A program made the position numbers and the translations under genes. The notes below the pieces were generated by a model that did no database searches, was not told the DNA's origin, and saw only the letters and a program-made list of their open reading frames with translations. A DNA stretch of 64,000 nt from Lytechinus pictus. Its lineage: Eukaryota. Below, piece by piece: positions 29,801-41,420 of the stretch; position 1 is the stretch's first letter, and each line of letters opens with the position of its first letter. The stretch lies in NCBI RefSeq assembly GCF_037042905.1, contig NC_087256.1:12648001-12712000 (forward strand). Reading direction: 5' to 3'.

Positions 29801-31900
29801 AGCAAATAGTAAAAACTAAATGAACACACTGTCTAAATGGCGTGAATTGATGTGAATTATTGTGGATTTATTCTTGTTTTGGTTTTTCAGAAGCAATCGA
29901 GGCTGTGAATCACATGTGTATGGATGAGCAGACCAAACAGAGAGTCAGAGAGAAGGAGGAAAGACCAGGAGCCATCTGGCATCTCTTCAGGGCTGCTGAT
30001 ACTAACAAGATTAGACAGTTTCTTTGCAAGGTGAGTCTGCCTTCCACCATTCAAGACTACAATGGCATTGGGACACTCTTGGCCCACACCCACTATGTCT
30101 ACTTCCTGTTCAGTATAATCCTTTCATTCAATACAATTTATAGGTGTCTTTTTTTGTCAGTACGTAACATTCATGAATGAAATTCTCATTTGACAACATG
30201 CATTGTATGACTATCTTTCGGTGACAAAAGTGGAAATTAAACCATCTTGGCTTTAGACTAAAGGACAAAAATATGGAAAGCGAAAAGCAAAATCCCACAC
30301 ACCTCGGGCAGCATTAATTGTGCATTTAGCCAGCAGGCTATACGCGTATTGCACCTGCATTTTTACTGAGCGCAATGAATTGAATCATATTGTGACGTCA
30401 CCTCCTAAAGCCGTGCAACGGTACATTTTGGACGGTACATTTTGGATGGTACGTCTTTTGTGCAACGGTACGAATGTTTGACATTCAGCCTCTCATTTGC
30501 TTGCGTACAACAAGCTAAGCAGGCGTTGTACAATAGTAAATGTGAACGATGAAGTGACATACAGAAGTCTGATTCCTCCAGCTTATAATTTTGACTTCTC
30601 AGTCTGGTACCAAAAGATAGTAATACGTAGGTCATAAGCAACCATATACCATATTCTGGAGCAAACTGATTTTCCTTTCTAAATAGTATATCCCCATCTG
30701 ATCTCGTTTGCATACAGCTGTCTGAAGAGAAGGGCGAGGATGTGCCCACCGACCACGACCCCATCCATGACCAGAGCTGGTATCTGGACAACGAGCTGCT
30801 GGATCGTCTCTATAAGGAGTACGGGGTACAGGGATGGGCTATCGCTCAGTGCTGGGGTGATGCTATATTCATTCCTGCCGGCGCTCCACATCAGGTAAGC
30901 TTACCCATATCAATCTGAAGATTCATGATTATTTTTGATAAAAATACATATTTTACATGCTTTTATGTACAAGTTTCAACATACATGCAAGGGACTGGTA
31001 TATATATATATATATATATGTTGCTCTGAGAAATGATCCTGCAATATCTCAAAGTTTGTTTCCTAGTGTACTGATTGATTTCTAGCCATCATTATGTCCA
31101 ATGGGGTTAATCTTTGTTAGGCTCTCTTTTATCACATATCAGCATATGGAACATGTTGTTTGCCCTGCTTTGTATGTATACATTCAGAAGCATAAGCTAA
31201 ATTTGATTTTCGTTCAACTATGATTAGTTGCACAAGGAGTTTTCAGCAGTCGATAGGAATGTGTGATCTTACTAAGCATGCAGCATATTGTTCTTAATCA
31301 TTCTCACAATAATCCTTTCTTTCTATGAACCCATTCATTTATAAATATGTAGGATGTTTGGTTTGTGATCCATCCAGATGATTTTAATCTTTGGTTTTTT
31401 AATACTTGTGATTTTCATGAGACTGTTGTGACCACGTCTGTACTTTGATTTCATTTCAGGTGAGGAATGTCCACTCGTCCATCAAGGTTGCAGAGGACTT
31501 TGTCTCTCCAGAGCACATCAGTGAATGTTTCTGGTTGACTCAGGAGTTCCGTCAGCTCAGTGCTACCCACTCCAACCATGAAGACAAACTGCAAGTAAAG
31601 AACATCATCTACCATGCCATTAAGGACACCATTGGGCTGCTGGTGACCAAGACACCGCCCGGGGAGTTGACCGACCCCTTTGGAGCTGGTAAGGTGTTTG
31701 AAGCACTGCAGCAACAGCAACACCAACAGCAACTTCTGCTGCAGCAGCCACAGCCCACTGCAACATCACAACATCATCAGCAGCCACAACACCAACAACA
31801 GCTGGTCCCCCAGCAACTGGTTGCGAAATCACCGCAGTCTAAGCCCTCTCCTGCGTCAACGCCACCGGTCACAAGCAACAACACCTGCAGTAGCTCGTGA
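2809..31900 (+). CDS. KDM3: KDM3/JMJD1-family JmjC H3K9 demethylase (JMJD1C-like), 5'-partial, 20 coding exons
   Basis: Exons 2809-2894, 5873-6092, 11747-13671, 14053-14358, 15178-15327, 15819-15941, 17085-19100, 22758-22836, 23324-23528, 24064-24281, 24652-24801, 25640-25744, 26275-26384, 26709-27404, 27936-28107, 28666-28887, 29442-29573, 29891-30030, 30718-30894, 31460-31900. All have AG/GT boundaries and compatible phases (7673 nt = 2 + 2557 codons including stop). Family motifs: [118 protein letters not shown]. Confidence 0.96.
5873..6092 (+). CDS. KDM3: KDM3 exon, Ser/Gly-rich with basic KKKRK cluster
   Basis: CCAG acceptor, G|GTAAGT donor, phase 0 to 1. Confidence 0.85.
9052..9264. 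mobile_element. MITE with ~40-bp TIRs, in a KDM3 intron
   Basis: AAAGAGGTTTCAATTGTACCATGGTAC...CATGGACTATG is mirrored by CATAGTCCATG...GTACCATGGTATAGTTGAAACCTCTTT. Confidence 0.7.
11747..13671 (+). CDS. KDM3: KDM3 large disordered exon (Ser/Lys-rich then His/Pro/Gln-rich)
   Basis: Within 660-aa ORF; TGCAG acceptor, CAG|GTTGGT donor, phase 1 to 0. Confidence 0.9.
14053..14358 (+). CDS. KDM3: KDM3 exon, Ala/His-rich
   Basis: TACAG(CAG) acceptor, CAG|GTTAGT donor, phase 0 to 0. Confidence 0.85.
15178..15327 (+). CDS. KDM3: KDM3 exon [15 protein letters not shown]...AMDRQ
   Basis: TCCAG acceptor, CAG|GTGAGT donor, open frame, phase 0 to 0. Confidence 0.8.
15819..15941 (+). CDS. KDM3: KDM3 exon, Glu/Arg-rich coiled coil
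   Basis: TTACAG acceptor, GTAAGT donor, phase 0 to 0. Confidence 0.85.
17085..19100 (+). CDS. KDM3: KDM3 large exon including [10 protein letters not shown] motif
   Basis: Within 715-aa ORF; TTACAG acceptor, CAG|GTCAGT donor. Confidence 0.92.
22758..22836 (+). CDS. KDM3: KDM3 small exon with PKKRK NLS-like motif
   Basis: Long pyrimidine tract and TAG acceptor, G|GTATGT donor; bridges phase 0 to 1 as the next exon requires. Confidence 0.78.
23324..23528 (+). CDS. KDM3: KDM3 exon FLQDGYC...KCREC...FCRFYAFR
   Basis: Conserved KDM3 Cys-rich segment; CAG acceptor, AG|GTAAAT donor. Confidence 0.93.
24064..24281 (+). CDS. KDM3: KDM3 exon LKYSTKG...GPQFCQLV
   Basis: Conserved segment; phase 2 to 1. 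Confidence 0.93.
24652..24801 (+). CDS. KDM3: KDM3 C6 zinc-finger exon
   Basis: [40 protein letters not shown]. Confidence 0.97.
25640..25744 (+). CDS. KDM3: KDM3 exon WLKC...LMLTQMIPG
   Basis: Conserved motif; phase 1 to 1. Confidence 0.93.
26275..26384 (+). CDS. KDM3: KDM3 exon [10 protein letters not shown]...CPC
   Basis: Conserved motif; phase 1 to 0. Confidence 0.92.
26709..27404 (+). CDS. KDM3: KDM3 exon with [15 protein letters not shown] (LxxLL) and start of the catalytic region ([13 protein letters not shown])
   Basis: Conserved KDM3 motifs; phase 0 to 0. Confidence 0.95.
27936..28107 (+). CDS. KDM3: KDM3 exon PILVSNVH...DFWNGFED
   Basis: Conserved catalytic-domain segment. Confidence 0.95.
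28666..28887 (+). CDS. KDM3: KDM3 exon LKLKDWPP...[12 protein letters not shown]
   Basis: Conserved JmjC-region segment. Confidence 0.97.
29442..29573 (+). CDS. KDM3: KDM3 JmjC exon with HxD iron ligands ([20 protein letters not shown])
   Basis: Canonical KDM3 catalytic motif. Confidence 0.97.
29891..30030 (+). CDS. KDM3: KDM3 JmjC exon (PGAIWHLF)
   Basis: Conserved motif; phase 1 to 0. Confidence 0.95.
30718..30894 (+). CDS. KDM3: KDM3 JmjC exon ([12 protein letters not shown]...FIPAGAPHQ, third iron ligand)
   Basis: Canonical motif. Confidence 0.97.
31460..31900 (+). CDS. KDM3: KDM3 terminal coding exon with Gln-rich C-terminal tail
   Basis: [19 protein letters not shown]...[13 protein letters not shown]; TGA at 31898-31900. 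Confidence 0.95.
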   Translation: MRNVHSSIKVAEDFVSPEHISECFWLTQEFRQLSATHSNHEDKLQVKNIIYHAIKDTIGLLVTKTPPGELTDPFGAGKVFEALQQQQHQQQLLLQQPQPTATSQHHQQPQHQQQLVPQQLVAKSPQSKPSPASTPPVTSNNTCSSS

Positions 31901-34900
31901 CAATTAGCCAAGGAAAAACGGGCGTTTCAACTGGAGAGGATCGGGTGTCAAGTAAACTAGATGTTTGTCATTGTTCAACCTGACGAGCTGCAATGTGTAA
32001 TAGTCTAGGAAACCCCAAAGAACCAATATATTCTATTTAGGTAGAGGTAGAAATGTCTGTCAAAAACCAACAAACTCACAGGGGACTGGAGCGAGAAGCA
32101 GTGGGGTACAGATTTTGCCATGAGGTATGTAAAGTGCCAGGAACCTGTTGATTTACTGAAAGTAGATCCCTTCTTGGGTTTTGATTCTTCCAAAATGAGT
32201 ATGCCAATTAGATATTCAAAATAAGGGATGTCATAATGGATATTGCTTACTACTCAGAGCAAATCTTTTGAAAATAAAATACACTTGTAAATGAAATGAG
32301 AAAGACATTTTGTGGTTGGCTTGATGATCGTTAATCAAGTTAGTTTGTCTCTTTTTTTTTGTCTCTTCCACTGTATACATGTACTTGAAGCAAAGTATAT
32401 AGAAGACTCAGTGATGTACATGTTAATTGTCCAAATACCTCAGCAATCGTGGAGATAAGGTGCTCTAATTCTATAGCAAATTTAATTTAGACATGGAGCA
32501 AGAAATGAAGATTATATTAGAGCTATATTGAATGACCTCTATTGGAATATGAAGAGAGAGATGGATTGGAAGATTTTGAAAAGGATGGAGGAAATGAATT
32601 TCAAGTATTTTATTTCTAACTTTCGATGAATTCGTAAATGGGTGAGATATATTTATGCGTTTTCCAATGGAATTTTGAAATTGATTTTATATGACGACGA
32701 GGTGTCTGTACAAAGTTAGTGAATGAAAGCAGGAGAGAGCATCCTGTTTGGTTCATGTAGTGAAGGCTAGGTGCCCAGAACAGGGTTTGAAATGCCTCAT
32801 TGCTTTGTGTTGGAACAGCAGCAGTGACAAAGGTGTAGATGTCAAGAAAGACATAATCACTTGCAAATCCATTGTTTTAGGAGCCATTTTCGATTAGTTA
32901 ATGTCTTATTTTGAGAAGGAAAAGGAAACCAAAATTTATAAGATCATAATTTTATTTTTTATTTTTTACATTGCGGTAAGATGTAATAAATGAAGAAATC
33001 AACAAAAAGCAATGGGAAGTGTCTTTTGGCTGTCTAATAATAACGAAGGGCGCCAGGAGTTATCATACATACATGTATAAGACTGAACTGTGATATGCAT
33101 GATTTAAGCTTTCAATTCGCTATGTTTATCATGTATTTTATTACCCTGACTTGGCCAAAATGTGAAATGGACAGTTTGAATGAAATTAACCATCAAATCG
33201 AGCAAATGATCACTTCTGTTTTTGTATCAATGAGTTGCAGAGAAGTGCGATGCATTACGGTTAGAAATGTTGATAGTACAAGAGTCGTGATAAGGATTGG
33301 ATAACTAATTTATTTATGTTTTTTCTATAGTTGGCAGTCCATTGTGTTGTATGTATAGCTATCATGTTGGTTGCATGGCATGCAGCATTGTTGATTTCAT
33401 TACAATTCTTTCAAACATTCCATATGAATTTTTTTATTAGTAGTGATTTTTTTTTCTTCTTGTTTATATCAAGATTTGTAAAAACCTCAGAAAATCATTT
33501 GACCAAAACTAAATGTGCCTGATAAATAAATGAATGAAATTGGGCGATTTATTGTAGAAATGGGTATAGGATGTGACTGGCATAAGGAAATATTGAAATA
33601 TAAAAACTGTGATCTCGTTGATCCATGATTGATTTTAGAACAAGAAGGAATAACTTTATGTTAAAATTATGTCCATACAATTATATAAGTGTGTGTTCAT
33701 GATAGTTCAGAGGACTTTTTTTTTGCATTCATTGATTAAACTGCCTTTTCCATTTTATGTCAAGTACATTTAGGGTTTTTTCAGCTTAGGCTAGGTCAGC
33801 ATCATGTAGTTGAAAACTTTCCAGATGTTTGTAGGTTATGGTTGTACATGTATAGTTGAATCTTGTCCTCATTTATGGAAATTATGTCATTTCTGTGATG
33901 AAATGGATTCGTGAGAGTGTAGTTTGTACAGCGATGTAGAGAACAATATATGTAGCACAGAATCAAATGTTTGTCACTATGGCAAAAATCATATGATCAT
34001 TGTAAATATGTGAGAGATAGATATATAGCATTTATGTACTTTATATCTTAATTCTTGTCTCGCAGCAAAATGGATTTTTCTCTTAGAAAAGCTGTGATAT
34101 CTTTTTTTCTTTTTTTAAACACAATTACAAAAATGCACCTTGATTGTGATATTTTCTGTTGATAAAACCCATTTATATGAAATTGATTTTTACAAGAAAC
34201 AACAAAGATTGATTTCTTTGTAGTTGTGTTTGTTGTGTTGGGGAATAATATGTGTGGTAATGTATATACTTAGGGTCATAGTGATATTTTTGTATGGATA
34301 GGGATTCCTGTCTCCTTATCACTCTTTTATGAGTTTGTAATCGAGATCACTTTGATGACCTTTTTAGTTGACAGAAGACGATGAAATGTATTTCGGTTGG
34401 AAATAGAATTTATAGTCAAAAGGAAATTGTGTTTATCTGTAAATTCTTGTGAATATGACATTCTTATTTTATGAAATCAGTTGACTTGTGCATGGCTTGG
34501 CTTGCTAAAAAAAGTGAAGAAAATGAAGAAAATCTTGTTATACAGTTGACTAAAACAAATAATACAAAAACATAAAAATAACTTCCAATTTTGTGATGTT
34601 CTATTATTTGTGTGGCTATGAAGGGGATTTGTTGGATACTCATTCTGTCTGTATGATTAAAGGAACAAGATTGTACTTGAGCAATATCAACAGAGAGGTG
34701 GAAGTTAGACGAGTATTGAGAGAAATTTGAATAGAATGTGGAAAGTGTTTAGGAGATGATAAAGAAATGAAAATAGAAGGGCAAGAGTCATAAAGAGAGC
34801 AATTGGAGGGTGGATTAAAGAGGAACTACAAGGGAAAAATGACATTTATATATTACCAAAAAAAACATTCAAAGGTGTGTCATCTTTTCATAAAGCTTCT

Positions 34901-34936
34901 GTTGGGGATCATGAGAAGTGAAATTTGAATACTTAA

Positions 34937-35505
34937 AAGGTTAAGTCCACCCCAGAATAATGTTGATTTGAATCAAAGAAAAATCAAGCAAGCATAACAC
35001 TGAAAATTTCATCAAAATCGGATGTAAAATAAGAAAGTTATGATATTTTAAAGTTTCGCGAAACAGTTATAAGGACAACTCAGTTAAATGCAAATGAGAG
35101 ATTCGATGATGTAGCTCACTATTTTTGTTTTTTATTGTTTGAAATGTACCATATTTCAATTTTCCAGATTTGACAATAAGGACCCACTTGACTGAACCAT
35201 AAAATGTTAAAACATTGGTAATTCCACATGTTCAGGGAGGAATAAAACTTCTTTTCGCAGGACAATGAGGAGGAAATTTGAATATTTTATGTCATATAAT
35301 GAAATACAAAAGAAATAGTGATGTCATCAGTCCCCTCATTTGCATACAGACCGGATGTGCATATAACTATTTTGTGAAATCAAGCGAAATTTAAAAATAT
35401 AACTTTCTTATTTTACATCCGATTTTGACGACATTTTCAGTGTTATGCTTGTTTGATTTTTCTCTTATTATTCAAATCAACTCTTTGTTTGGGTTGACTT
35501 GTCCT
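34937..35505. mobile_element. Kolobok-type non-autonomous element (TTAA-like TSD, purine/pyrimidine dinucleotide termini, long TIRs)
   Basis: TIR core TGAAAATTTCATCAAAATCGGATGTAAAATAAGAAAGTTA at both ends; related copies or fragments at ~38480-39075, 45553-45680, 60300-60874, 61425-61755 and 63874-64000. Confidence 0.7.
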
Positions 35506-36367
35506 TTACATTAGGCAAGTTTGACTTTGGCAAGTCCATACAATTCTAAAATATACTGAAGGATAATTCCGCAAATATGTTTATCTGACCCTCTCAAGTG
35601 GGACCATCCTGAAATTAATTATCTATTTTCTAGTTCACATGGTAATGCTCTCAATTATTGGCCTGAGCAGTTCATAACGTAAAGAAAGGAGATAAAATTT
35701 GGAGTTCGAAGTATGCAAAATGATTTCATGGAATCATGTTCAAATCTGTGACCATCCTGAATGGAATAAAAGCGAATTAAATATCTAGTCGTAATGACGT
35801 CATAGCAATCGTACGATTGGGTACAATTTGACCCTTACTCCAAATAAGGGCTTGCGATCATCTAAAATTGTTTTATTATTCTTAAAAGGTAATTTCATCC
35901 TCAAACATAAAGATACTTCGCATACAAATTTTCATAACAAGTAAAATGTGATTTGTTCCATAATCAGATCATGGACCATTCGTAAGGTGTACTTGAGTGT
36001 ATTCCGAATCCCAATCACAGTTTACTTTCATATTTTTCAAAATATATATACAAAATGCAATTAGTTAAATTAGATTATTACCTGTCTCATATAAACGTGT
36101 ATTTTGTCTAATTGATTGACTCGACACAAAATACGTCACAATGACCGAGCCAGGGTTCAACTGCACGACTAGGGACCATGATATTTATACACCCCTCCTG
36201 TTTAAAAAAAAAAAAATTCAGGTGTAAAGGTTCACGGATATGTGTGCTCACCTGGCTTGGGCGAAGCACGTACGGGATAGTACGATACGACGGAGAATAG
36301 AATTCAATTGAAATCGTCTAGAACTAGACTTGCGTGCGCCATGCATGATGCGAGCCTGCGCTATATA

Positions 36368-37310
36368 CAGTACAGGCCAAAAGTTTGGGGCCACCCTCAG
36401 ATTTAAAAGAAAATCAGACAAAACACTGCATTCATTCAAATGTATTGATACTGAATGGGCTATGGCAGTTCCATGACATCACACAAGCATGTTTCCAACT
36501 GGGTTTGATTCCACTTCTGTCAAACCCCAGTCGGTTTTTACGATATATTCAAATTGTATGCATACTTTTAAACTTTAAAGGTATGCATAAATTTGAATAT
36601 ATTTAAAGCAAAGGTTTTTTTTTTGACAAACTGAAAGCTTATCTGACAGCGGACAGTCAACCTACCTGATACGTCGAGTCTTTTCCCACTTCTGCTCGAC
36701 AACTCCACTAGCCAACTCAAGATAGCCTACTCTCATCTACTCAATCTTCTCTCACCCCTCAAACACAACCAGCCTTCTACTCAAGCCTCTCATCCTACCT
36801 ACACCCAAACTTTCTGCCTAGTTTACAGTCCTTTTTACATTACACTCATTTCTGAAAGATTTCTCTATTTTCTTGCCTTTCCATTTCTTTTCGACCTCTA
36901 TCCACTTTTATCCGTCCTTTCGAGGACTTTGCACTTGGTGTACCATATAAACCACTTCAGTGATATCATTGTTTATGCCACCATACAAACCTAGCTTTTA
37001 ACATTTGTTTTTATGTCATACAAGCCTCAGACAAACTTTCAGGTTGTCAAAAACAACCTTTGCTTTAAATGTATTCATATTTTATGCATACCTTTAAAGT
37101 TTAAAGGTTTGCATAAATTTGAATATATTATGAAAACCGACTGGGGTTCACAGAAGTGCAGTCAAAACCTGGTTGGTAACATGCTTGTGTGATGTCATGG
37201 AACTGTCTTAGCCCATTCAGTATCAATACATTTGCATACATGCAGAATGCAGTGTTATGTATGATTATATTTTAAGTCTGAGGGTGGCATCAAACTTTTG
37301 GCCTGTACTG
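36368..37310. mobile_element. Tc1/mariner-type non-autonomous element
   Basis: TA|CAGTACAGGCCAAAAGTTTG ... CAAACTTTTGGCCTGTACTG|TA; ~250-bp imperfect TIRs. Confidence 0.85.
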
Positions 37311-37339
37311 TACACTTTACGTCACAATTACTTAGCCAG

Positions 37340-37550
37340 GGGGGTGTTTCACAAAGATTAAAGTATGACTTAGAGTTGCACTTAAATACCGAGTTGAGTA
37401 TGGTATGAAAGGCTTGACCGCATTGGTCAGATCGTGTTATGAGGACGCGCAACACCGCATATCTATCAATAAGATTGCACATTGCATATCATGTACGCAT
37501 CAGCATTTAAGTGCGACTAAAGTCATACTTAAATCTTTGTGAAACACCCC
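37340..37550. mobile_element. Harbinger-like MITE (CAG TSD)
   Basis: CAG|GGGGGTGTTTCACAAAGATT ... AATCTTTGTGAAACACCCC|CAG. Confidence 0.75.
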
Positions 37551-40163
37551 CAGGATTACTTCATCATCTTCATGAATAACATGAAATCAGAAATACCAAC
37601 AGGCAAACAGATATAAATTGCTACAAAAAATTGCTTCAAATTACAGATCATACAGCTGTAGGCCTACAGGTAATAATATTGACTAGCTTTAGTTTTTGGG
37701 AGATACTGTCACATTTCTCTCAGTAGACCCATATCCTTGTTATCACTCGGGGCAATATGAGACTACATGTACTTTGGGAAGTATCTCACCCAAAGCCGGT
37801 CAATATCTAATAATTGCATACCAATGACAGTCATGTGACCTTCAATGACTTTCGATACTTACCATTCTTTGTCAAACGAAGACTTCTAAATTTGAACCAA
37901 GAATTCTAAAAGTGAGTACGTACCATTAAAAAATACAAATCTATTTACAAATAATTTTAAAAAATGAAAAAATAAAGAGACAAATATATCATATATATAA
38001 AGAAATTTATTACAAAACTAAAACAAAAACAACAAAAATGACTTTAATTACTTAGAGAGTGATGCTGTTATTCTCATGTCACATAAATAGTCATATACAG
38101 GCATCTTGATTTCATCTGTACAGTATTTTAGCATTGGTTCATTAAAGCCCTAAACAAAATCTTCATGACATTCATTACACATGGGTCCTGTTTCATAGTC
38201 TTGTTTTAATTGTTTTGAATTGCTATAATACACATTTTGACACTTAGTTCCTGTCATTTTTAAAGCAATGTGACAATGATAGATGATAGTAGAAGTTTGA
38301 TTTCATGTTAACTACCAAAATTCATCATTCTCATATAGGCTTTTTAAAGCAACCACCCGTCTCCAGCAAGCAATTTCCCTTCGTACTAGCAAATAAATGA
38401 AACTATCCATATTTAAAGCAACAAAATAAATTAAAGCAAACAAAATGAATTTAGTAATACTTCACATAAAAATAAGGACATCAACACCAACTACTGCTTC
38501 CATATCAAGCTTAACGATTGTGAAACATCAAGTTGTATTAAATGGAAAATCTCAAACAAGCAAAGCACTGACAATTTCATCAAAATTGGAGGCAAAATAT
38601 GAAAGTTTAAGGCATATTCTTTTCTTATTTTCGCAAAGAATTCACAAGTTAATGAACAACATGGGGCGCTATGCAAATGAGGCAACTATTGACATCACTC
38701 ACTCACTATTGTGTATTTCATTATTATCATGAAATATTTACATTTTCCCTCCTGTAATTCAAACAAGGTTTGACTACAATGTGAATATATGGGATCACCA
38801 TCATTATATATTCCATGATTCAACCCTCACAAAAAAACCAACTTACTCTCAAAAATTGCAAAAAGAAGAAAATTGATTTGACTCTCAGAATTAGTGTTAG
38901 TGCAACATCATCGGCTCTTTCATTTGAATATCATATGTGTTGTGCATTAAAATGCAGCAAGACTTTAAAATCACATAACTCTCTTATTTCACAGTTTTAC
39001 ATCCAGATTGAGATTGATGCTTATTTTAGTTTTCTTCATTTATTCAAACAACTTAAGGTTGAGGGAGACTTGAGCTTGATAACTTTGCACATTGTATCAT
39101 GATCGTTTTCAATCTTGGAGAAGGAGTGGGCAAACTTTTCAAACTGAACTGACTTGCCCTGCTTGCAGATGCAACATTTTGTCCAAAAGATCCATTATCT
39201 ATCTCTATACCACCAATTTAAGAAAAATATCAAAGAATAATTATTATATCCTGTTCTGTTTTATGACATCAGTCCTGGAATATTACCTAATTTATCAGAC
39301 ATGATGCAATATTGGTTCCTTTTCAAATGTACTTTAGCAGTGCAATGAAAGATAATGCATTGAGAATAGATGTAGTCACTCATAATTAGATCCCTCCCCC
39401 TGAATCTTTTTGTATAATTAACCCGTATGAGAGGAATACCATAAATGGATATATTTTTCTGCTTTTATTTTCGATGGCTTACTGAAGTTTATCAGGTTGT
39501 AAGATGTGAATTCTTCAATTTTTAACAAAACTTTGGACAAAAAATACAAAGGATAGTCACATCATCTACACCAGAAAAATTATCAACTATGGGTGATTCC
39601 TAAAAAAAAATGGACAAATGCTCAATAAGTCTAAAATTTGTTATTAAAAAAAGCAGCACTTTACATGTGTTCAAATAAAGAAACAGATTTAAAAACTATT
39701 GAAATGAAGAAGCTGGAAAACCCTGATCTTTGACATAATTTATGTGACAAAGAATTTTGTCATCAATTGCTCACGGATTGGTAATGGCTAATAAAGATCA
39801 TTGTTGTATGCACTGTTTGTCAAACAGACTGACTATTAACCAATCAAAATTGTTCTTTCATATGTGTGGGTTCCAGGACCCAGGATGATTTTTTTTGCTA
39901 TCATCTTAAAATACATTAAAAAAGACATCTTGATGGTAAATACATGTACATGATTATGATATATACAGTTATTAATTAACTTCGAAGAGTTTTTGTCCCG
40001 TTTTGGCCTTGGATACCATGAATGCAGTCCTTCTCTGCAGTGGTATACCTTGGGTATCACAGACTCCTATTTCAGTACATTGATATAACTAAGTGGCATT
40101 GACAAGGATGTTGCTTCATGATAACTGAAGTCGGACAGTATGGTGTTTAAGAGATGTAATGAT

Positions 40164-40397
40164 TAGGGACAGTGATTTTCCATTTTACCGGTAAATAAAA
40201 CGGAAATTCCGTTTGGTTCTTACACTTTTCATGTAAAAATTCATGGAATTCACCTTTGCAAAACGGAATTCAGGTTTTTGTTGTGTACATTTTCAGTGAC
40301 AAAACGGAATTTCCATTTTCAGATCAAGTTGAAACGGAATTACAGATTTTCAGAAACGCAAAAGACAATTTTTTTAAATGGAAAATCACTGTCTCTA
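40164..40397. mobile_element. MITE with TAGGGACAGTGATTTTCC TIR
   Basis: TIR mirrored by GGAAAATCACTGTCTCTA; internal AAACGGAA(A)TT repeats; TSD unclear. Confidence 0.6.
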
Positions 40398-41313
40398 AAT
40401 GGTATGATGGCACTCACTAGATTGGTCACCTGTTCTTCAAATGAAAAGCTCCACATGACAGGGCTACATGATAAGGTGAGCGGACATTTGCTCCTGTGAC
40501 AATTTCTGCAAGTCATCGGGATGTAATCTGAAATCTTGTTGGATTCAACCTCTGGTTTAAAGTTATTGATAGCCACTAGATGTTCATTTTTTTCCCCAGT
40601 ACTTTTGGTACCCCAGTAATTCATAACTGTCTGGGAATTATTACTTATCTGAATTGTTTTGTCATCATTAAACATGGAGAACAAATTGAATATAAGAAAC
40701 CAGTAATGTAAGTAAAGCTTTGACAATTTGAGTTTTCCATAATTTAAGCACATCGTTTGTTCATGGTTTAACTTAAACTGGACTTGAGAATAGGCCATAG
40801 GTTTAGGGTTGTGATAGGGTTTGGGGTCAAAATAACATCAGGAATTAAGGTTGGTGTTAGGTTTGAGGTTGAGTTCGATGTGCAGGTTTCCAATGGGGCA
40901 GCTGTCACAGGAGCAAACATTGTAGAATCACCTGATGATGATGTTGGCACGGCCCAAGGATGCTGTCCAGGTCATCATCTCGAGAAAAGATCTTGAAAGT
41001 GTCCATAGATCCTGCAGCGCACTGAAGATATCCATGTGAACATCTTTCATCGGTTCAAACAATCCCTGCCAGACAGGTCTCAAAATCAAGAGAAGTCCAC
41101 TTTATTTTTTAATACCTGTATCACAAAGTCTCCACTGGCATCACAGCTTCAGTTTTTGGCTTGACATAAAGCAGCAATGAGACAGCATTTACATACAAGA
41201 TAAGTTACTTTAGATAGATTACTTTACAGCAACAGTCAATATCTGTTTCAGGAGTGCTTTCAGAGGACAGAAGTTCCTGGATGATGTCCGCACCCTGTCT
41301 GCTGGAGAAGGGT

Positions 41314-41420
41314 TCAATCAAAGATAAGATTGTTGATATCCAGGAAGTCGATGGATTCTACAGGTGGAAGATCTAAGCACTCCATTGGAGTCGATGAAGG
41401 TGGAATCAGCAGATCATCAT
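41314..41420 (-). CDS. PTTG1: Securin terminal coding exon (LDLPPV...LIFD*)
   Basis: TACAG acceptor, TGA stop; minus-strand AATAAA at 41101-41106. Confidence 0.78.

Noticed and set aside
40340-41070. Extra securin coding exons / 152-aa ORF
   Set aside because: Downstream of the securin stop, interrupted by repeats and with no recognisable homology; more likely 3' UTR or intergenic.
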